Assembly (NCBI RefSeq): GCF_000172995.2
Contig: NC_014731.1
Coordinates: 60,001 to 92,000, forward strand
Reading direction: 5' to 3'
Length of the DNA: 32,000 nt
Source: Halogeometricum borinquense DSM 11551
GTDB taxonomy: Archaea > Halobacteriota > Halobacteria > Halobacteriales > Haloferacaceae
In this document: positions 15,983-22,771 of the stretch, in pieces
How the letters are laid out: every line of letters begins with the position of its first letter
Position numbering within the stretch: the first letter of the stretch is position 1
Notes under the pieces: model-generated
What the model was told of the DNA's origin: nothing
Database searches by the model: none
The model's input: the letters and a program-made list of their open reading frames with translations, nothing else
Position numbers and translations under genes: made by a program

Positions 15983-16741
15983 TCAGTCGCCCGTTACACC
16001 GAGAAGCGACTGAAGCCGTTCACCCCCGCGCTGAAGTGTCTCGGCTTGGGCCGTCGATTGACCGTGTTCGAAGACGAACCATTCGATGCCGAGGTCGCGT
16101 GCGACTTCGACGGCCGATTCGAGGTCGGTATCGCCGTCTCCGAGTTCGACGTGGTCACGGTCGGGGTCGTCTACGAGCGTGTCAGTCACGTGGACCAGCG
16201 GAATCCGGTCGGCGTACGTTCGGAGGAGTGCCACCGGATCAGCACCGCCTTTCGTGGCGAGGCCAACGTCGAGTTCGAAGCCGACGCTATCGGACGTCTC
16301 ACGGATCAGTCGTTCAAACGCGAGGTCCCCGTCAATATCACCGAATTCGTGCGTATGGTTGTGATACAGGAGGTCGAATCCGCGGTCCGACAGGCGGTCT
16401 CCGAGCGACGACAGTTTCGTCGCCGTCTCCGCGACCGCCTCGGTTGACTCGAAGTGCGAGTCGTCCAATGCGGGGATGACGAGCGTCGAACAGCCGAGTT
16501 CGCCGTACATCTCCACGACGGATTCGAAGTCGCTTTCGAGTTCATCGTACGGGACGTGTGCGCTGACCGCAGACAGGTCGTTCTCCGTGAGTGCTTGCCG
16601 AACATCCTCAGGGGGCGACTCGCGGACGCGGTATGCGAACTCGACGCCGTCATATCCTTCGTCCGCGACTCGCCGGAGCACGTCCGGATACGAGTCGGTG
16701 AGATCCCTGACAGTGTACATCTGCACGGCTATCGCTGGCAT
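15983..16741 (-). CDS. Xylose-isomerase-like TIM-barrel protein (sugar phosphate isomerase/epimerase family), second copy
   Basis: 252 aa. MPAIAVQMYTVRD start, GYDGVEF, LLYHNHTHEF, FELDVG, VHVTD: typical metal-binding TIM-barrel pattern. First gene of a same-strand run 16741 -> 12626. Confidence 0.8.
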   Translation of the reverse strand: MPAIAVQMYTVRDLTDSYPDVLRRVADEGYDGVEFAYRVRESPPEDVRQALTENDLSAVSAHVPYDELESDFESVVEMYGELGCSTLVIPALDDSHFESTEAVAETATKLSSLGDRLSDRGFDLLYHNHTHEFGDIDGDLAFERLIRETSDSVGFELDVGLATKGGADPVALLRTYADRIPLVHVTDTLVDDPDRDHVELGDGDTDLESAVEVARDLGIEWFVFEHGQSTAQAETLQRGGERLQSLLGVTGD

Positions 16742-16794
16742 GTCGTGGTGGTCATCTCAGCGAATAGGCATAAGTGTACCTCACCGGAGGGCGC

Positions 16795-17125
16795 AGTGAG
16801 TGTACAACTAATAATATAGAATCCAAGGAGCGTGATGAAATATAGAATTGGCTATTGGCAGAGGAATAGAAAATAGAACCAACTTATACATTTTATAAGT
16901 AGATGAAATTGTGTATTGTGAGAAGAATACGGGAGATAAACACAAAATAGAACAGAATATTAGAAAAGTGGTGTTTTTATTACATATAATCCAATATATG
17001 GCCGTGTTCAACCGAATGAACAGTTATAAATCATTTTTAGAGAATAAACCGGCGATCAAAAATAGACTATCCAGTCAGATTATGCAATAGTTCGTACCAA
17101 ATCAAATATAAATAATTGTAACTAC
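16795..17125. other. AT-rich island in the divergent intergenic region
   Basis: Hand count 94 G+C in 300 nt over 16801..17100 (about 31%). Contains repeated AAAATAGAAC (16870..16879, 16944..16953) and a 7-bp inverted repeat ACTTATA/TATAAGT (16882..16900). Confidence 0.8.
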
Positions 17126-17305
17126 TGACCACGGCGTCCGATAAGTGGTGACATCGGAACCGGGGATGAGACGAACAAATCGAGTGGGAGAGGAGCCGAG
17201 TCGATTTGGAACCGACTGGGCGTGTAGATCCTCAGTCAACGGCCAGTGGCCCCCACTCCGCGATACTCTCGGTGGGTTTTTTGACAGCGGGGATGACCCC
17301 AGAGT

Positions 17306-18508
17306 ATGACAGGGCAACCTCCATTCCGGTCGCCGGAATGGCTCCGCCGAGATGCCATCGGCGCGCTTCGCTTCCACCGAGAGCGGTCGATGGATACGCA
17401 CTTCGGTGGCTACATCACGCAGGTGAGCGACCGAGACGGCGCGATATACGACTCGCGGACGAAACACCTCGTCCCCACCGCTCGATTCGTCTTCGCGTTC
17501 AGCATCGGCGCGCTTCTGGACGGGCCAGTGTGGTGTGAGCCAGCCGCCGAACACGGTCTCTCGTATCTTCGCAACGTCGCCTACGACGAAGAACACGGCG
17601 GGTACAGTTGGCTGTTCGAAGGTCGAAATGTGACAGACGAGACGCGCTCGACGTACGGCCACGCGTTCGTCCTTCTCGCGTACGCCACGGCGACGCGCGC
17701 CGGAATCGGAGACGTAGAGGACGACATCAGGGAGACGTTCGACATCTTGGACGAACGGTTCTGGGAAGAAGAACACGGCGCGTTTGCCAGCAACCGGACA
17801 GCCGAGTGGGATCCGGCCGAACCCGATTACCGGGGGCAGAACGCGAACATGCACTCCTGTGAGGCTCTACTCGCAGCCTACGAGGCCACCGGCGAAGAGC
17901 GATATCTCTCACGGGCGGTCACCGTCGCAGAAACCATCGCACGCGACAAACCTGACGAGGCGGATGGGCTCCTCTGTGAGCACTTTACGTCCGACTGGGA
18001 GATAGACTGGGAGTACAACCGCGACCAGAAGGCCGACCTGTTCAGACCGTGGGGCTACCAACCCGGACACATGCTCGAGTGGGCGAAGCTCCTTGTCCGA
18101 CTCCACCACCACCACGACGGCAACTGGTATCTCGACAGAGCAAAGCGGTTCTTCGACGCCTCCGTCACGGACGGCTGGGACGACGAACGCGGGGGATTCT
18201 ACTACACCATCGACCGCGACGGAGCTCCCATCGTCGATGCGAAATACACGTGGGCGCTCGAAGAAGGTCTCGGCGCGGCGGCACGTCTGGGCGCAGTGAC
18301 GAACGATGACCGCTACTGGGAGTGGTTCGACAGGATCCACGCGTACCTGCACGAGAACGCGACGAACCACTCGCTCGGGATTCGCTACGAACGGCTCACA
18401 CCCGACGGCGAAATTCACCCCACAATCGACGAGACGCCGAAAGTCAAAAGCGGATATCACCACGTCAACGCCTGCTACGAAGTACTTGAGTCGCTAGACG
18501 CAGTGTAG
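17306..18508 (+). CDS. AGE-family (N-acylglucosamine 2-epimerase / aldose-ketose isomerase) protein
   Basis: 400 aa with repeated (alpha/alpha)6-barrel motifs: YGHAFVLLAYA, NANMHSCEALLAAYEATG, GHMLEWAKLL, WALEEGLGAAARL. Confidence 0.8.
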   Translation: MTGQPPFRSPEWLRRDAIGALRFHRERSMDTHFGGYITQVSDRDGAIYDSRTKHLVPTARFVFAFSIGALLDGPVWCEPAAEHGLSYLRNVAYDEEHGGYSWLFEGRNVTDETRSTYGHAFVLLAYATATRAGIGDVEDDIRETFDILDERFWEEEHGAFASNRTAEWDPAEPDYRGQNANMHSCEALLAAYEATGEERYLSRAVTVAETIARDKPDEADGLLCEHFTSDWEIDWEYNRDQKADLFRPWGYQPGHMLEWAKLLVRLHHHHDGNWYLDRAKRFFDASVTDGWDDERGGFYYTIDRDGAPIVDAKYTWALEEGLGAAARLGAVTNDDRYWEWFDRIHAYLHENATNHSLGIRYERLTPDGEIHPTIDETPKVKSGYHHVNACYEVLESLDAV

Positions 18509-18521
18509 CGCAAGCGGTCGT

Positions 18522-19940
18522 TTACTGTCTGCTGTCGGCCGGTCGCATCTTCGTCCCGTATCTCGTGACACCCTCTTGGGTGTACACGCGTCGAATCGTC
18601 GCAGTCAGTGCATCACCGATAGCCGGCTTCTCGTCGGTATCGACGACCTGCATCGGTGCGCTTACCGTCCCGCCGTCGGGGGCGTCGAGTGCGACGACCG
18701 CACTGACGTAACTCCCGTCGCGGGCCTGTTGCTCGACGAACTCAGGTGGGGCGCCGCCCTGACCGATGACTGTCGCCGCCTCGACAGTTCCGGTTCCGGG
18801 GAGCGCAACTGACTCGTAGCTATCGAGCGTGCCGCAGGACGAACACGCTCCCTCGGGTGGGAACGCGAGTGACTCGCACTCTGCGCACTGACCGGCGACG
18901 AGACGGTGGCGCTGCGGGAGCGTCCGCCGCCAACTCGGAACGCTGACGTACGCGCCGCCGCCGTCGGGTTCACCGGGTGTCACAACCCCGCGGATGCGCA
19001 GGTACTCGCCGTAAGAGAGTTCGACCGTTCCGTCTCGGTCCGATTCAGTCGGAACCGAACCATCGATGACGGCGGCAGTTGCTTCGCTTCCACTTCCGTA
19101 ACCGACGACGAGGATGCGGTCCGCACCATTGTCGAGCGCTTTCGTCAGTCCCAAGAGCGGCATCGCCGCGCCCGTATCTCCGAGTTCGTGGACGGTCGCA
19201 CCCGCCTGAATCGTCTCGGCATCGACGCCCAACTCGCCCGTAGCGCGATACGGAAGCTTCCCGTCCGGACCACCGACGGCCGCGGCGTCCACGTCAGTGT
19301 CGGCGCCGAGTTCGGAAACGGCCCCGCTGACGGCCTCGCGATAGGCCTGCCGGTCGTACTGCGTCACACCGAGGGATCGCGTCTCCGACTCGCCAGCGGG
19401 CCGGAAGCGGGTTCCCGGGTAGGTTGCGGTGTGCGTTGCGCGGTCGGTCACCACACCCGTACCGCCTTCGGAGAGGACGACTGCCGCCGCACCCGCGCCC
19501 GCGGCGTGTTCTACGTCGCTATCGGGCGCACCGAGCGGTGCGTCGCTGGCGACGACGAGAGCGGTTTCGCCCGGTCCGGCGTCGAGACCGAGCGTGAGTC
19601 CGTTGACGCCCGCATTTGCGCTTCCCGTGAGTTGGGTCGTCGCCACATCGTCTGTGAGTCCGAGGAACGAAGCGAGTCTGGCAGTAGCCGACTCCTCCTC
19701 GTTTGGCGGTGTCGTCGTCCCGAAGATCAGCGTTGTAACCGCCTCAGCGTCGATATCGGCGGCGGAGAGAGCGCGTGTCGCCGCCTCGTACCCCATCGTC
19801 AGCGTGTCTTCGTCGGCACCCGTGACGGACGTCTGTTGGATACCGTCCCCACCGAACTGGCCCCACGCCTCGCGTATCGTCTCTGCGGTGACGTAGGTCT
19901 GCGGTGCATACGCACCGACGCCTGCAAGTTCGAGCGTCAT
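18522..19940 (-). CDS. HMG-CoA-synthase-like thiolase-fold domain fused to a DUF35 Zn-ribbon/OB-fold domain
   Basis: The N-terminal ~340 aa align by eye to HMG-CoA synthase/FabH-like enzymes (DEDTLTMGYEAATRAL, VVGYGSGSE). The C-terminus has C-x2-C-x10-C-x2-C (CAECESLAFPPEGACSSC) followed by an OB-fold-like region, as in DUF35 proteins. ATGA overlap with the upstream thiolase gene. Confidence 0.75.
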   Translation of the reverse strand: MTLELAGVGAYAPQTYVTAETIREAWGQFGGDGIQQTSVTGADEDTLTMGYEAATRALSAADIDAEAVTTLIFGTTTPPNEEESATARLASFLGLTDDVATTQLTGSANAGVNGLTLGLDAGPGETALVVASDAPLGAPDSDVEHAAGAGAAAVVLSEGGTGVVTDRATHTATYPGTRFRPAGESETRSLGVTQYDRQAYREAVSGAVSELGADTDVDAAAVGGPDGKLPYRATGELGVDAETIQAGATVHELGDTGAAMPLLGLTKALDNGADRILVVGYGSGSEATAAVIDGSVPTESDRDGTVELSYGEYLRIRGVVTPGEPDGGGAYVSVPSWRRTLPQRHRLVAGQCAECESLAFPPEGACSSCGTLDSYESVALPGTGTVEAATVIGQGGAPPEFVEQQARDGSYVSAVVALDAPDGGTVSAPMQVVDTDEKPAIGDALTATIRRVYTQEGVTRYGTKMRPADSRQ

Positions 19941-21109
19941 CGGGCTACCTCCTGTTCGAGAATGTGAACGACGGTCGCGCCACCGCTTCCACCCACGTTG
20001 TGCGTCAGACCGTACGTCGGGTCGTCGAGTTGTCGATCCCCCGCGCTCCCGGTCAGTTGGTCGAACGCCTCGACCATCTGTCCGGTCCCAGTCGCACCGA
20101 TGGGGTGACCTTTCGACTTCAGGCCGCCAGAGGTGTTCACCGGTAGGTCACCATCCGGATCGGTCACACCCTCACGGAGAAGTGTCGCCGCCTCGCCGGG
20201 AGCGCAGAAGCCCAAGTCCTCGTAGGCGAGAAGTTCAGCGATAGCGAAGCAGTCGTGTACCTCCGCGAAATCGAGGTCGTCAGGTTCGATTCCGGCCATC
20301 TCGTAGGCCGTCTTCCCGGCTTCCTGTGAGGCGGAAATGCCCGTATATGAATCCCGGTCTGCGAGTCCGACGCGTTCGCTCGCGGCACCGACGCCAGCGA
20401 CGCGAACGCGTTCGTCGGTGTACTCCGATACGACATCGCCACTTGCGAGAAGGACTGCAGCGGCCCCGTCGGAAGTCGGACAGCAGTGATAGAGATTGAG
20501 CGGGTCGGCAACGGTCGGTGCGTTCGTCGCATCCTCCAGCGAGCAGGAGAATCCGAGGTGGGCTTTCGGGTTTTTCGCGCCGTTCGCGTGGTTTTTGACG
20601 GCGACGCGAGAGAGGTCTTCAGGTGTCGCGTCGTATTGGTCGAGGTACGCGTCGGCCATCTGAGCGTACACGCCGGAGAACGTCGTGCCGGTAAGCCGTT
20701 CCCACTCCGTCTCACCGCTGACGCCGAGCCAGTACTTCGTCGTGTCGCCGCTCATATCCGTCATGACTTCGACACCGCCCGCGAGAACAACATCGGCCAT
20801 CCCACTCTCGATGGCCTGCACCGCCTGCCTGACCGCAAATCCTCCCGCGGCGCAGGCATTCTCGATTCGGGAACACGGGATGTTGTGGAGACCGACGTGT
20901 TCGGTGACAGCGGGAGCCGACAACCCGAGTTGTCGTCCCCCAACACCGAGCGTTCCGACGACCGCTTCGTCGATATCCTCGGCGTTCAGCGATCCATCAA
21001 CGCTCGCTACGGCCGCCTCGAACGCCTCGGTGAACAACGTCCGATAACTCTCGGACGGGAACGCCCCGAACGGCGTCTGACCGGCACCGACGATGTACGC
21101 GTTTGGCAT
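19937..21109 (-). CDS. Thiolase (acetyl-CoA C-acyltransferase-like, archaeal/SCP-x type)
   Basis: Nucleophile motif IENACAAGG, plus GHPIGATG and NVGGSGG. ATG 21109 (MPNAYIVGAGQTPFG) is preferred because TTTGATAAA (21132..21140, minus strand) lies 22 nt upstream. Confidence 0.85.
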   Translation of the reverse strand: MPNAYIVGAGQTPFGAFPSESYRTLFTEAFEAAVASVDGSLNAEDIDEAVVGTLGVGGRQLGLSAPAVTEHVGLHNIPCSRIENACAAGGFAVRQAVQAIESGMADVVLAGGVEVMTDMSGDTTKYWLGVSGETEWERLTGTTFSGVYAQMADAYLDQYDATPEDLSRVAVKNHANGAKNPKAHLGFSCSLEDATNAPTVADPLNLYHCCPTSDGAAAVLLASGDVVSEYTDERVRVAGVGAASERVGLADRDSYTGISASQEAGKTAYEMAGIEPDDLDFAEVHDCFAIAELLAYEDLGFCAPGEAATLLREGVTDPDGDLPVNTSGGLKSKGHPIGATGTGQMVEAFDQLTGSAGDRQLDDPTYGLTHNVGGSGGATVVHILEQEVAR

Positions 21110-21468
21110 ACTGCGTGGTAATTCTGCATGGTTTATCAAATACGTTCTGCCGCCGGAACCGTCGTTTTCGTGTGAGACGGGTGTCGTTCTTCCGAAACTA
21201 CGTTCCGAATCTCGGGTAGCAAAATGCGTTTTGCCATTTTGGCTGTCTTTTCTGCCTCTGCTAGTTTTTATATCTTAGATAGATTCAAAGCGTTGAGGCG
21301 CTATCGAAGCAGGGTACCGGTGGCTGATACGGCTGATCGTCATCATCGGAGCGATGACTTCGTAATTCCTCACTTATATGAAAATAGCTACAATCAGTGC
21401 TAACTAGACGACGAGCGTGGATTATCGGTAAACGAGTTTTGTAGCGAGAGGTGGCGACGGTTCCTATC

Positions 21469-22659
21469 TCAGAAGTCGCCGTTTACGATGTCGGAAACGC
21501 GTTTGCGGTCGAACAGTTGCTCACCAGCGAACTCGTCGGGGTAAAGTCCCTGTGCCGCCCGTTCGAGCTGGAAGAGGTGAATGATCGGACCCTGATACGT
21601 CAGGCCGCCGTAGACGACGCGGTCGTTCTGCACCGCCCGGAGTTGGCTCGCCACATCGTGGTTCTTCAGATGCGAGACGATGTTCTCCTCGAAGTACTCC
21701 GGTGTGATTTCCCCTTGGAGTCTGATTGCGAGGGCGTCAGGATCGATTTCCAAGAGCGTCTCGTAATCGATAGTGCCGCCCGCCTGTGCGTCCGTGATGT
21801 CTTGGTTTGCCAGTGCGTCGCCGACGTGCAGGTCGTTCCAGTGCTTCGATTGGCTCCCAGAACCGACGAGATACGGATAGAACGATTCCGGTGGAACGTC
21901 AGCAGGATACAGAATTGCAATATCTGGTGTCTCGTCGGGGAGACGAGACTGAACGTCCGCTATAACCTCGTTGTGGTACGTCTCAAATGCCTCGAACCGG
22001 TCCTGTGCTTGGAACACGTCTGCGACCTTCTCGAAGGCTTCGTACAGGGTGTAATCGGCGTAGTCGTGCCAGTCGTAGGCCCGTGTGAAGATGGTGTTAC
22101 CGAAGAACGGAGCGACGTTCGAGTCGATTTCGTCGATATCTTCTTGACTCCACTGCAGTCGGTTGACCATGAAGTTGGGATCGATGAGGTGAACGTCGGC
22201 GTCGAGTTCGTAGAACACCTCCTTGCCGGTCCCATCCTGCCACAGTTGTGTGAGATCCGCTTTGTCGACGGAGACACCGGAGAGTTCCTCGTACAGATGT
22301 GTACCGAACCGGGCGCGGACACCAATAGCCGAGAGTCCGTCTCCCTGCCCGAGTGCGACACCCATATCGGCGTAGTCGGCGGTGTACGAGAACCACGACT
22401 CCGGAACCTCGTCGAACTCGACAGTTCCGACTGGCTCCATCGAAACGGTATAGGAATCGTCTGTCTCGGCCGTCTCGCGTGAGGTTTCCGTTGCCTCGGC
22501 TGTAGAGGTCTCAGCTGTGCCCTCTGTGTCCGGTTCGCTGGTCGTCGGTGAACTGCTATCTTGTCCCGCACAGCCAGCGAGTGCGCCGCTGACGGCGATT
22601 CCAGCACCGGTTCGGAGGAATCGACGCCGCGACTGTCCGAAATTTGAGTCTCGTTCCAT
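21469..22659 (-). CDS. ABC-type periplasmic binding lipoprotein, Fe-siderophore/cobalamin (FecB/BtuF-like) class; no cognate permease or ATPase nearby
   Basis: 396 aa from ATG 22659 (MERDSNFGQSRRRFLRTGAGIAVSGALAGC), giving a Tat signal plus lipobox, then a T/E/S-rich linker. The body (YTVSMEPVGTVEFDEVPE..., IDPDALAI) resembles haloarchaeal iron-complex binding proteins from memory. The 84-codon ORF-track extension crosses the promoter region and is rejected. Confidence 0.7.
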   Translation of the reverse strand: MERDSNFGQSRRRFLRTGAGIAVSGALAGCAGQDSSSPTTSEPDTEGTAETSTAEATETSRETAETDDSYTVSMEPVGTVEFDEVPESWFSYTADYADMGVALGQGDGLSAIGVRARFGTHLYEELSGVSVDKADLTQLWQDGTGKEVFYELDADVHLIDPNFMVNRLQWSQEDIDEIDSNVAPFFGNTIFTRAYDWHDYADYTLYEAFEKVADVFQAQDRFEAFETYHNEVIADVQSRLPDETPDIAILYPADVPPESFYPYLVGSGSQSKHWNDLHVGDALANQDITDAQAGGTIDYETLLEIDPDALAIRLQGEITPEYFEENIVSHLKNHDVASQLRAVQNDRVVYGGLTYQGPIIHLFQLERAAQGLYPDEFAGEQLFDRKRVSDIVNGDF

Positions 22660-22663
22660 GGAT

Positions 22664-22680
22664 TTTGGCGTGCCTAAAAC
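22664..22680. promoter_or_regulatory. Operator-like imperfect palindrome, copy 1 (TTTTGGCGTGCCTAAAA)
   Basis: Shares the 11-nt core GGCGTGCCTAA (22667..22677) with copy 2. It lies immediately upstream of the binding-protein ATG (22659, minus strand). Confidence 0.45.
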
Positions 22681-22699
22681 ATCAAAGAGTTTCCGATTT

Positions 22700-22713
22700 T
22701 TAGGCGTGCCTAA
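22700..22713. promoter_or_regulatory. Operator-like perfect palindrome, copy 2 (TTAGGC-GT-GCCTAA)
   Basis: 6-bp perfect inverted arms with a 2-nt centre. Same 11-nt core (22703..22713), 36 bp from copy 1. On the minus strand it runs into a TAAAAAT TATA-like element. Confidence 0.45.
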
Positions 22714-22771
22714 CCAATCGGACAGAGTGATATGACGGTTCACTAATTTAAAATGGACGGAGCGGCGAGAG

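Noticed and set aside
16808-17011. 67-aa ORF inside the AT-rich island (MNTAIYWIICNKNTTFLIFCSILCLSPVFF...).
   Set aside because: Its composition (Ile/Phe/Tyr/Asn/Lys-rich, non-acidic) is what random translation of ~30% GC DNA gives. I have no supporting promoter or motif evidence. It would need expression data to be believed.
21322-21358. Small repeats in the thiolase upstream gap: GGCTGAT twice, and the inverted repeat GTCATC-n8-GATGAC.
   Set aside because: The stems and repeats are short (6-7 nt) and expected by chance in 360 nt. They do not sit at a gene end where a terminator would make sense.
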